Of a DNA stretch of 64,000 bases, positions 14,201 to 26,300 are shown piece by piece. Both the position numbers and the translations under genes were made by a program. Each line of letters starts with the position of its first letter. Position 1 is the first letter of the stretch. A model generated the notes under the pieces. That model was not told the DNA's origin, searched no databases, and saw only the letters and a list, made by a program, of their open reading frames with translations. Where the stretch lies: assembly GCA_964035545.1 (NCBI GenBank), contig OZ037767.1, positions 29,590,628-29,654,627 of the forward strand. The letters are read 5' to 3'. The stretch is from Bugula neritina (lineage: Eukaryota; Animalia; Bryozoa).

Positions 14201-14261
14201 ATTTATACTTACTTATAAGAATAAGGCAACTGGAAAGAAATAACAGTTTTATACTCCACAT
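11250..14261 (-). CDS. Gene B: paralog of gene A; in-frame TAA at 11577-11579 separates the linker from an intact PAN-like module (366 aa to the stop, 475 aa if read through)
   Basis: Exons 14213-14261, 13531-13770, 13072-13247, 12416-12716, 12059-12250, 11250-11719, with the same intron positions and phases as gene A. Shared motifs include LWxCDLTxxDxIxCRRQC, FDKP, LDSTxFY and KTFxTxAC...SELVSVE...ICxIxWN. ORFs 11577-11807 and 11250-11519 are in the same frame. Confidence 0.75.
12771..12870. repeat. CT-rich (CCCTCT)n-type microsatellite in gene B intron 3
   Basis: A ~100-nt pure pyrimidine tract; it explains the low-complexity ORFs at 12671-12956. Confidence 0.9.
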
Positions 14262-15029
14262 AGTGTAGTTGAGCGGCTTAGAAAGATTATTTTTATGATA
14301 GCTTTCTTAGCTGAATATAAAGCCTTCAGCTAAAAAGTCAATAAATGCTATTAGATTTTCCATCTTTATTTTCTTTAGTTTAACAGATTTAGCTATTTCT
14401 CTTTCATAAATTCAAGTGTGCAGTTTTCATGATTGAGATATTATTCCCACGTACAACGTCTAGTTTCTCTTATATAATACTACTTGCAAACACAAAGGAA
14501 GCAATTAAATAGTAAGGCAATATAGCTGATATGAAGTAAGAAAATAAAACAGTTAAAACAGAAAGCTTTATTAAAAGTGTTCAACAACTCCTAGCTTTTA
14601 ATCAGTCTTGCAGTACTTGAAAAAAATTATATTTTCAAGATGAAAGGCTCAACAACAAAAGCATAACTTTAATTCAGTCATTGAACAAGATAGTAGATAT
14701 TTCTATATTTTATTTGCTAGGTTCAAATATAAATTATAAATTGGTTCTATTTCTACAAAACTATATGCACCTATTCTATGTTGTTCTATAAATGCACAGA
14801 ATTAGTTAGAATCGGCAACAAACAATTATTGAGTAACAATCTCCTTTAAAAAGCATCACTAAAGTTTAAGCTTTATCATTACTTTTTATACACACACACA
14901 CACACACACACATATAATTGAAAGTTTAATTGCTTTTTCCTTACAGTTAGGAGCTTCTGTCACAAACAAACAGTAATGCGCTTTCTTTTAAAGCCATGCA
15001 AGTATAAAAAAATGTCACCAATCACTTTA

Positions 15030-15250
15030 TTATAACACATGTCACATGTCCTATGAGTTATGCTGTTGTGGTATGCAAATCCTAAGCATGGTTCTAATCC
15101 CCATGCACCAACAACACCCTCTTTTTCACACCCCGCCCCACCTCCCCCCCCCCCCCCCCCATCATCCTCCATTAGCAGCTCAATCTATTTTCTTCGGCAT
15201 TTTTAATCCCAAGTTAACCTGATCAGGATGATATAGTTGCAATAGTAATT
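15030..15250 (-). pseudogene. Decayed copy of the A/B-type PAN-like terminal exon
   Basis: The minus strand retains YCN..., KIDxAA-like, CEKEGVVG, EPCLGFAYH and CDMCY, with frameshifts, deletions and an inserted poly-G tract. Confidence 0.7.
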
Positions 15251-15739
15251 CATCACAAACTATGAGTAATTTATAGTTTTCATTGGCTATATATTTGTAA
15301 CTGCTTGTACGTGTTTAATTATTTTTAATTTAGAATAAACTTGCAAAAACTTATCAAATTATTTATCAAAATAAATACTAAACTTCAGAGTATAGAATGT
15401 ATATATAAAATGGCAGTTGTATATTTGTATACTTATATAGGCATTTTATTCAATTTGAAGGACTTTAATGCTTCACAGGCTTCATATATTTTACTGTACA
15501 AACAACAGAAAATCTAAATTAAAAATTTTTGCAACACATATTACCTATATATATAGTTTTATATTATGTTTGTGAATTGATATATTCAAAAGAAAATATT
15601 ATATTATTGAAGAAACTTAAAACTTTATAAATTATCAATTTATAGATAACATTTAATTTAAGAGTTGCTCTAATGAATATACGCTAAAACATAAATAGAA
15701 AGCTGGACTCCTTTGGTTGTTAAAGCTTAGTCTGTGTAT

Positions 15740-18700
15740 TTAGTAACATTTCAAGTAACAATTAACTCCCGTCAGCCGGCTGTTTTTCGAAGCAGCAAGG
15801 TTTTTGAACAGATTACACTTGCTGTGGTCAGATATGATATAGCCTACGCAATCTTTATCCTTAGAGCATATAAAGGCGCATGATTCTGCAGCCCCATATT
15901 CTGCCTTCAGTAGTATGCTAAAGTAGTTGACTCTTCTAGTGCAATAATTTAATTGGTTAGCCCCAGAATGCTTCATAAACCTCGAGCCTCCTAAAACTAC
16001 CAAACCGGGATTAAGAAAGCTCTATTTAATAAGTTTTTTGCGGCTTTTACTTATGCCAACTCTGAAACATATAATGCAGAAGGAATAATTAAATGACTTA
16101 GATGAAACTAGAAAAAACAAGTATATACAAAATAGCGCAAACTTGTACGAGATTAAAAACAAACATAAATTTGTTGTTGTGGGGGGGGGGGCTGACACAG
16201 CATACCTTGGATCAGTGACTTGAGATTTCAGGTAAAGATCTATTGCATTATAATGTCATTCTATCAATTTTAATGTCTTGAATGATTATAATAAAAAAAA
16301 ATATAAATATTTTACCCAAAACCTATTCAAAGCATATTTTATGCTATTTATGATTTCCAATATAATTTAAAAGACATAACTAATATTTTGTATATGCTAA
16401 TGACTTGAGTCATAGTGTTTAGTTATTATATATTTGCTTAGATATCATAGACTGACTGCAGAGCTCATTTATTGCACTAATTGCAGGGTGATTTCTATTA
16501 CACTAATAGAAATGGAACGAAAAAGATATCAATAGAAGCATTATAGAAAAAACAGAAAGGTTACAGACTGAGAGGATTAGCTTTAAAGGGAAGACAATTC
16601 CAACTACTGGTACCTTGAATCTACCCTCTCTGCTTGTTCTAAAAGTAATATTTTTCTTTAACTGTTTTTTGTTGAAAACCATTTATATTTTAAAGTTAAA
16701 GTTCTTGAAAAACATGTTTTTTTACAGTTTGGTTTGCATGTCAACAATACCTCAATACCTTAATATTAAAACTTTTAGCTCATAGTTAAAATATTCAAAT
16801 ATTACATGATCTCTATATTTTTGGTTGTAGCTTAATCACCATAGGTTAGAACTTTGAAGTTACTATAAGTTATATGTTACTATAATTTGTAGGTCAGAGG
16901 ATAAGGTTTAAGGTCATAGGTTAAACTTAGTAAGCACTAACTAGCTGTGAGATTTAAGTTGCAAGAAAAGTTTTGATTACATTGCATTACAAAAATTTTA
17001 ATTATTGTAAAATTGACACTCACACTTTTCACACGGGAATTGACAAACGAAATTCATATTGTTATTTTCATCAAGATGAATTTGACCAGAAGGATGCATA
17101 TGCCACATTTTAGTTGAATCGCCGTTATCAAGAGAACCGCTGTATATCGGTGGACTATATTCACTATTAATGACTAATGAGTTATCTGTTACCCAATAGC
17201 TGCTGCCTCTGCGTATAGTTATACCAATGTAGGCTTCCACGGCTGAAACATATAGTATAGTGATACAATTCATAATATATAATATAAAAATATACACAAT
17301 ATCATGATGTGAACGATTTGATATAATACAATAATAGTATAATATAATATAATAAAACATAATATAATATAGCATAGTAAGGTACACTATAATATAATAT
17401 ACTATGATATAGTATGATAAAATATAATATAAAATAACACAATGTTTTGAAATATTAAATAATACAAGATAGAAATATGATCAATTATACACAGAGAGAA
17501 ATATTAGTGTTAGAGTGAACATAAGCTGACAACTAAAACCTCTCGTTTTTTGGATCCCTAAATTGACCAGCAGTGAATAGAAATTAGTGTCAGGTACTGT
17601 TCACAGTGAATAGTATGTTAGATCAATGTTGATATAAAGAGTTGTGAAGTTGATTCTTTGTATTTATCACAATGAGCCAAATTATGTTCAATGATGATCT
17701 TATATATGTTCAATGGTGAGCTTATATATTTTCAATGGCAATCTTATTTATGCTCAATAGTGATATTATATATGTTTATTAGTGATCTTATTTATGTTCA
17801 ATAGTGATATTATATATGTTTAATGATGATCTTATTTCTGTTCAATGATGATCTTAGATATGCTCAATGCTCAACTAAGTTATATTCAAAGCTGAACTTA
17901 TAAATGTTCCATGCTGCTCTAATTTTCGTTGGAAATAAGCTTCTGCAAAAATTATTACTGATCACTCTGAACTAACTTGTCATAACTTCTAACCAGTATG
18001 AGAGTATAGTAATGTGGATTTTATTGTATATGATAGTTGAGTATAAGAAATGCAACAAAAAATAACTTCTAAAGATTAAAATAAGAAAAAAAAACATGAA
18101 AATAAACATTTGCAGAATTTTTCTACGACTGTAAATTCAGTTAACTTTTCTCAATATTAGCAGAACCTGCTAAGACCATAGTGTGTGTCATTACATTCTT
18201 GCTCTGTAGTGTAGCGATAACCAAGCAGTTGTGGTGTGTAATGATTAGCACACCTGTGTGCAAGTCCGAGGTCCGTGATAGTAACCCAAGTACGGGAGGG
18301 GGGAGGGGAAGTTTTATAACTAATTCCAGCAGTTAGTAAAGTGTGGTAGTACTCCAAGAGGAGTTGAGTGGCCAGGGAAGCCTGAAGAAGTAGTATAAAA
18401 AGGGCAGCTGGGTTCTTGAGAAGTGGGTGAGGTGTAGTGTCGAGAGCACCCAGTGACGCTTGTAATGTAGTGGTGACTGCGCCTGCTTGCAGGCTGAAGG
18501 TCTCAGCATGATTCAAAGTTTTGTAGCGGTCAAATTCTTTTTTGTGCTCCTATTCAGCATCTTTGAGTGCATGGTCTTAAAAATGTTATGGGATCTACAA
18601 CAAAAGATAAAAGTTGGGTAATATTTAAACTGTATTAGTATAAACAGTAAACATTTGGTTAAGATATACAATCACAAGCAGCGTAAATAAACTAAGTTCA

Positions 18701-21700
18701 ACTTTGAAGAAGCTGAAGTCTAAGGCCAAAACTAATAGTATCAATTATGTTAGCTATGAATCTTTCAGCATATTTTCAGCACCGTTGTACCAATCGTTGG
18801 ATTCTGAATAACCATACAGGCTTTGGCAAACTTATGATCCTTATGTTGCTTAGTGTTTGGGTTAGTTTGAGCTTATCAAAATTTAGTAACAATTTTGGCC
18901 ATCCTTTTATTTTACTTCTTTCTTAATTACAAATGCAAGAGCTGGTGGGCATAATTAGTTAAGTTAATAGAAGCTTATCTGCATTAAAATTATCTCAAAA
19001 TGTCAGTGAACCACAATTTAAGCTGAAGTCAGGATTTTATATGGACCACTCATATCGAGATAACAGATATTGATAAGTTTCAGTACAATATAATAAAGTA
19101 CTACCAAGAAAAATATTGCTACTTAAACATGTTTTTATATTTAATTGTGCTGTGCAAAGATAAATAAAAGAATAAACTGGTAGCACTGAAGTTAATAAAA
19201 AAGTTTGCCAACTTTGCCAACTCACCACTAATAGTGGCATTTTGGTACTTAGCTATAAAACAAGAAGCTAGCTTGGCAGCTGCTTAAGGCTAATAACTAC
19301 TTGTAGGCTGCTAAACTGCATTATTAACAATACTTCTACAATGGGGGGGGGGGAGGGAATTCAAATTAATGAATTTAGCACAAATTGCTAGAAGGTGAAG
19401 TGGAAATAAAACGCTAAATCTTTTGAAAATAGATTGTTACAGGAAAACTCGTATCAAATTGATATAGGAATAGAGTAGTTTGGGAAATATCAGTCAATGT
19501 GGTCTCTTAAAAGTTATAGTTGCACAAATTCAATTATCTGTCTACAGCAATAGTCATACTGTCATTGTCATGATTGTGATATAAAATGGCAACGTTAAGC
19601 AAATGATTGAGCTTACCTTTTGCTGCAATGACAACTTCAGTTTCTATAACTCTGAAAGAAAGTGATCATCTTCTATCTCTGAGAGGTAGCTGCAATCTTT
19701 ACCCATGTGATGAAATGATTCAGTGTTTTCCATGTTGTGAGGTTGTTTGGAAGCACAAATTCACTGAATCCCAAAGCACAACCTCTTAGTCTGAGCCTCT
19801 GGTGTTCACTATGCCTGCAGAATATTTCTTCTGTAAATAGCCGTGAATGAAAACTATTTGCTGTTATGTAATAATCTTTGTTTTGCTCTTTCGATGCTTG
19901 GTAAGCCAGTTTCTTGCCTTTGAATTACAATTTAAATATTTCTTTACTATAGCTCTGTTATGCAACATCTTCTTTTGTTCCACCAGGTAGTTTACACAAG
20001 GCTTTTGAAGTGGTTCACCTGATCCACAATTGACTATTCAGTAGCTTGTTTCATTGTTAATTTTAAGCTTCTTGTTTGAAACACGTTTGCTGATAACTGA
20101 GTACATTGGAGTTTAATGGTGCATCTCCCTGATCTCTCTTTTACACACATTTTAAATTAGTTGGCTTTCCTTTCCATGAATGAAATTGACTAGTGAAGCC
20201 TAAACTACCCATGCAAGAGATATGTGCAGTTGAAATTTTTTGTTGATAGATTCAACCTAAGTCTTTGATAAACGGAGTGGGACAATGTTTCATATTGATT
20301 GCTAAACATAAAATAACTATTAATATGATATATTTGCAATAATATTTGAATTTTCCCAAATTTGTGGTGAAAAAAGCATTAAATGCATTATTAATAACAT
20401 TTTTTCAAGAAACAAAAAATATAGAAAATGCAAAATTAATAGGTTTATGCAGAGCAAAGAAATTTATTTGTGTGCCAATTATAAAAAGCAATTGACTCAA
20501 ATTTATTTAAATACACATATATTTCAATAGTATTCAAATAAATTGCACGTAAAATGTATAAATAGCATCTAACTGGGAAGCACCAATTGAAATGACCCAA
20601 ACGTAGGGTTCAACTCCATCCTAGCTTCCTATAAAGGTTTGTGATCATCATTAGTGCGCATGTGAACGAATAATGTTGTTAGGTGAACAACTGCCGATTG
20701 TTCCATAATTCTTATGTAAATAAAATTTTGCTTGAACATGTCATATGTAGTTGTAGCATTGATCTCACTTTTTGCTCTTATCAACTACTGTTTAGCTTCA
20801 TTCAGACCTAGGGATGATGATTACATAATACTTGTGAAAAGTAGCGTTGACTTAACAACTAAGTGGTTTCAGAGCTACTACAAAATATTTTTCAGCTTAC
20901 ACTAATCGGATTAATTTTCAATTTCATTAAAATAAGTGCAGGTCTAACAACTATTAGAGGTGTGGTGCAGGCTATACCAACAATAAAAGGCTCTTTGAAC
21001 AACTTTAGTGCAAGTGCTGCACTAATATTTCTCTCTGTGTAGTAATATATAAGATGTATGTGTGCATTTATTATATATATAATAAATGCACACATACTTA
21101 TATATTATGTGAGGGTGTATGTCTGGGTATTGAGGTATGGAGCACAGGCTGTTGCCCATGTAGCTTGTACCTCCTCTCCACTGATAAATCAGAAGGAACA
21201 GCAGGGCTGTTACAGTTTATCACCAATACTGTCATTGTATAACCAACAATGAACTGCCTTAAGGGCTCCAATTCCAGATTTTTCCTGAGGGATTTACTCC
21301 CCAAACCTTTCTCATGGTTGGGTATTGCCTCCCGGCAACGGAGGTTTGGGATCAGAAGAAGCATTTTTTAACAGCGGGAGCTTACCCCCACTGCCACTCC
21401 TTAGCTATAACTACTCTAGAGATATGTCAATATTACCATTTAGACTTTAGACTATACGGGCTAACAGGTAAAAGTACACATCCATATAAAATAGTGTATA
21501 CCAGTTTTATAAGAATCTAGCTTTTTTTAATTATAGTGACCTAGCTTATTCTACAATAAATATTATACTATAAGCATGTTTGTACCTGTAAAAAGTCCCT
21601 TAAAACGGAGTATACTTGTATTCAACATAAAACTTCAGTATCTTTAACTTACAGCTTTATTTAACCTACAGCTATTTTTAACTTACACCTATGTTGGACT

Positions 21701-21983
21701 TACGGTTATACTTTACTTCCACTTATGTTTAATCTACACTTATGTTTAACTTACAGCTATGGTTTTTCAGCAGCTCGACTATCACTCTAGCAGCACTTGC
21801 AGAGTTTGGCTCTGCTAAATTTCCATTGTTATAGCAACCTCGACAGTATTTAGATGCCGCATTGAAGATTAACTTTTTGTCAACAAACTTATAACACGTC
21901 TTTCCAACTCTGCTAAGCTCCTCACTTAAACAGCTGCTCATGTTCAAAACCACAAAAATTAATAGCAAGTCAAAACTACGCAT
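15740..21983 (-). CDS. Gene C: secreted atypical C-type lectin domain protein; in-frame TAG at 16022-16024 precedes an intact PAN-like module (173 aa to the stop, 267 aa if read through)
   Basis: Exons 21755-21983, 17024-17242, 16206-16239 (34-nt micro-exon), 15740-16061 with phases 1,1,2. Signal MRSFDLLLIFVVLNMSSCLS; CTLD motifs KTCYKF, AxxYC, GNLA, AYIGI, FVCQ; tail NYC...ESCAFIC...DCVGY...KCNLF...NCY. Confidence 0.7.
17686..17866. repeat. Degenerate ~20-nt minisatellite (TGTTCAATGATGATCTTATA-like) in gene C intron 1
   Basis: About nine imperfect tandem copies are visible. Confidence 0.75.
18224..18580 (+). mobile_element. tRNA-derived SINE-like element (3' boundary approximate)
   Basis: Head GCAGTTGTGGTGTGTAATGATTAGCAC with a decayed B-box, followed by a body that is GC-rich relative to the intron. 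Confidence 0.45.
19600..20135 (-). mobile_element. Possible heavily decayed LINE reverse-transcriptase remnant
   Basis: The minus-strand fragments KLKINNE and VDQVNHFKSL resemble the LINE RT C-terminal 'EQVxxFKYLG' region; many stops and frameshifts. Confidence 0.3.
21056..21097. repeat. Perfect 42-bp palindrome
   Basis: GTATGTGTGCATTTATTATAT|ATATAATAAATGCACACATAC; all 21 pairs checked. Confidence 0.95.
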
Positions 21984-23308
21984 GATTATTCACAGAAATG
22001 CTTTTACAGGATAGTCTAAAAAATTGTTGTGAGGCGGCCAATTAATATCTTCTTATAAACATAGACACTTAGTTCCAACCTAACCGCTAAAAAATAATCA
22101 ATGCTGATTAATTATTTACAAATTACTTTCATACTTTTCTTATTATTGCTGTATAGCATGCGTCAATATTATTAACTAGCTAAAGATTCAATAGCCTATT
22201 AATATTATAACAATATACTTGAAATGCAAAAAGTAAATATATTTACTTCGTATTGTAACATAATATGTTCCAACACATAGTAAATATATATTATTATCAT
22301 TATTAACGTATATGAAAATATCTTTCTTCAATATTTACTACATCAACCATATTAATTTGTTCATTTGCGTAAAGTATATAATTAACTACTTAGCCATAAG
22401 CCAAACTCTTTTGCAATTGAATAGTATATAGCAAATTTTCATATTAAAAAAACAGTTGCTTTTCTTTTCAGAGTTTTACGTAAAACACAAGTCTGATGTT
22501 ATCTACAAAAGTTTTAATGAAGATTTAACGAGTATTTATTAAAGAGAAATAAGCAATTTTTTCACAAGCATAAATAATAATTATTTCTTAATCATTGATG
22601 AAAATTATCAAAACTAACAACAATTGTAGAGGTTATGCAGCTTCCCAATTACTCAACTGCCTGTGGTTTTCGATTTCTTTAAGCTGGTAAAGACTGTTTA
22701 TTTCTGTGTGTTTTTAAGAGAGCAGTCATAATTATTGTAGTAGTTTTAACGGAACTTAGATAAATAATGCATAATCAAGTAAACACTTAGTCTTAATGAA
22801 TCAATTTGATTTAGAGACTTTAAATTACTTGATTTAGGAAATGTTGACGCCGTAGTTGCTCTTCTAAACTAGCAGCCACTATATAATATTTCCAAGATTA
22901 TCAATAGTTCACAAACTCTCAAGTCTCAACATCTAATCACATTATTCTCACAATTCAATTTAAACTTCTAAAACACATCTTAGACAAACAGGAATAATAG
23001 CTTCTGTTGCGCTAATTGCACATTGCCTGCAGGTTTACGGTAATTTACTTTTTTTATTTAATGTACGATAAGGTTGAACTGTTGCATTTTATTATTATTT
23101 TTTTTAATTTTGTGTCAACTTATTTGAAATGTACATAATTTCATAATATAGGCTTTTTGAATTTGAGAGCAAATGCACTATATTTGTAAGTAGGCCTATA
23201 GGTAGCAATTGTGTGAAACCATACTATAAAAAATTTAAAGAGAGTGTAACTTCTAATCTTGGTTATGACGATGAATGTCTTTGAACTGATAAAACAAAGA
23301 AATCAAAA

Positions 23309-26300
23309 ATGCGCGGTAAGTTTCTTGCTTATTGTTCTCAAAATTATAATTTCTTTAATTTAACACATAAAACACATTAAAATTAACGAAGTGTTCAAAA
23401 ATACAATTTGATTTGTCAACTTTTGGAGTTATCTACATCTTTTACTTTGTCATATTTTATTCTCTAGCTGAATTCTTCAGCTATCATTAGAAGTAACTCC
23501 TAAATAATTTAGATAATATTATTTTGCTTTTTAAACTCATATACCAACAGCTTTATAGATTTATACATGCCCATGACACTGACAATAACAGTATAAAATA
23601 GAAAAATATGATATGGAACCTCAAGCCATCTATAATTAGGCTTGAAAAGGAAATTAAAGAACAAAAATTATTTGGTTTTGTCAAACAAATGAGGTATGAG
23701 AATAGTTAGGTGCTGCAAAAATAATGCTGAAACAAAGGGTTGAAGCAATGTCCACCCAAAAGCAATAATCATAAGCTAAGCACTTGGTCTAAAAGTTTTA
23801 ATAAAAGAAAAATCATTGCTCTATTAAAACTCAATGATTTTTGTTTTATAAGCTCTAATAGCTTCTGAATTAAGCTATTTTACAGCTGGTGACAAAGTAA
23901 ATATACTTGTGTGTTTGTATAAGCAAATAATTGTGAGGAAACAACCGCTATAATAAACCTGATGGTTGTGCAAATAATGTAGCCTTATGTCTTTAATATT
24001 CACCTGCTTCAATGCGTATTGCAGCCATTTATGTTCAATGTTCTAGCTGTGAGACACTATCAACTATCTACTAATAGTCAGGCAAGCTAAGAGCTCTGTA
24101 AGCAAGTGGTTTAATCCTTTAATAGTCTGAATGCCTTTAAAATTAGAACAGTTGTCTATTAAGGATCTAAAACAATAATATTACAGGAAAATATTATTAT
24201 TCACTGGTGAGAAACTTTTTGTTTGTGTCAGTTAATTAATGTTGCTATGTGTTTTGAGTGTAATAAATACAAAGCATTTATATGAAAGTTGTTTTTTTAA
24301 ACCTTGAAAATTTGATAACAATAAAATATTCATCTATTTTATGGGAAAGTTTCACCTAGTGGACAAAAGAAAGAACATGTCAAGAGTGCAGAAAGAAATG
24401 AAAGTCATTGCAAGAAACAACATTGAAAAGCAAAAACTTTGTAACAAAATTGGTGATTTACACATTCAACAGGTATGATAACACCAGAAACTTAATATAT
24501 ACTCTAACCTAATTATGTTTTATTGTATTATGTTGTATTATCGTCTATTTTAAAACTATATATTATATGTGGTTGGTGTACATAATAGACTGTACTACAG
24601 CATAGACTAATATAATATTTAAAATAAATACAATAGCATGCATATTTTACTGGCAGTTTTGGAATGGTTATGCATATAATTGATTGCTTGTAATTATGAA
24701 GCTGTATTTATTCCATCAGAAATTACAGTTGCCTTATAGTATAATATATAGTCTAATTAAGTGGTACTACAGACAACATGGATATGCAGAGCATTTCTGT
24801 TTTTAGCAGCCATGTGCAAAGAATTACTAAGTTTCCATTAGAAAAAAAGAGAAGCATTTAAAAAGGTTTCAATTAATATATTTGAGCTTTAAGTTTAGCT
24901 TTTACCTAGAACATTAAAATCAACTGCACTTAACAAAAAATAATAAATATCAATTTTTTGATGCAAACATTGCTGATTTCTTTCTCTTAAAACATCCAAT
25001 TAAAGTTGGAATTGAATATAATTGGGTTGCCATTGCTTTTCTGTTACTTCATTGAACTTTAATTTGTGTGAATTAATCATATATATGCCATGCTAATCAC
25101 TAGCTACGAGCATGCAGTACCTACCTGAAGTTGATGGTGCAGTCACATGGGTCATGTCACAACCAATCAGGTGTTGCTCTATATTTTTAGAGTTTATACT
25201 TTAGGTTATCACTCAATGCAGGTGGACAGCCTTCTTATCATGCTATACTTATTTAATTTATTTCTTTCCTTTGAAATTTTTTTATACTACTGATTTCTAT
25301 AGCATGCCAAAGCTGAACTCTAAAGTCAATTATTCATAAATTTTAATTTTGTAACGCAATTTTGCCTGGAGATGATTAGCTTTAACTTTTTTATGTTACA
25401 GCTTTTCTTCTTTTTGTAAAGGTGAAAAAACACGAGAAATGTACTCATGACATCATAGCTGTCAACGATGACCTACAAAGATTCCGACAATCAACTGGTC
25501 GAAGCAAGTCTGGAGTTGCCTGTTCACAGAGGGAAGCAATGAATTTGCTTCATCAGAGGTCAGCATAAACTTTTCACGATGATGTATAAATCAAAACTTT
25601 TGCCTTGTAACTTTATGTCACAGTTTAAAGTATGAAGTATGATAACTGTATGGTGGAAGTTCAATGATAAAGATGCCAATCAAATACTTTATGGTAGGGT
25701 GATAAGAAGCAAACAATAAAATAAAATTGATGCAATATTTTTATAACACCTGGTGCTATAAGATAAAGCAATTTGTATTACTGACTTATCTGGTTTTGTA
25801 TTACTTCCATTAAGTAACCCAACAAAGTCGTATATATGCTAATAAATATGCAGCTGATTTATTACCATAGGTATATGTATACAGCTACTAAAAGCAAAGA
25901 CAGAATAAGCTGTTTTGTGTAAATTTTATTCGGTCAAAATATTGAATAAATGCATGTGAAAAGTTTTGCGGTATTGATTTAAACAAGCTCACTTTTTGAG
26001 TTTAACTTTTATATCTAACTTTTGACAAAAATAAACAGAAAAGTTTAAGTAATGACTTCAAAAAGATTTAGCTTAGCATTAACGCAAATTACAATGTCAA
26101 TATTGTTAAACCCAAGGCCAGGTTTCAACCACATAAAATGCAAAATAAGTAGATTTACAAACACAATTGATTATTAAGCAGTTAAGTTGCAAAGAGCACA
26201 CAACAAGTTGCCAAGAAGTTTCACTTTCATCAAATAAATTGTTAGTTGGTCCACATTGATTCAATATTTGAACTCGATAATTCAAGAGCTGTTATGTGTT

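Noticed and set aside
11577-16024. In-frame stops as selenocysteine or a variant genetic code
   Set aside because: The stops are TAA and TAG, not TGA, and TAA, TAG and TGA all end other genes in the window normally.
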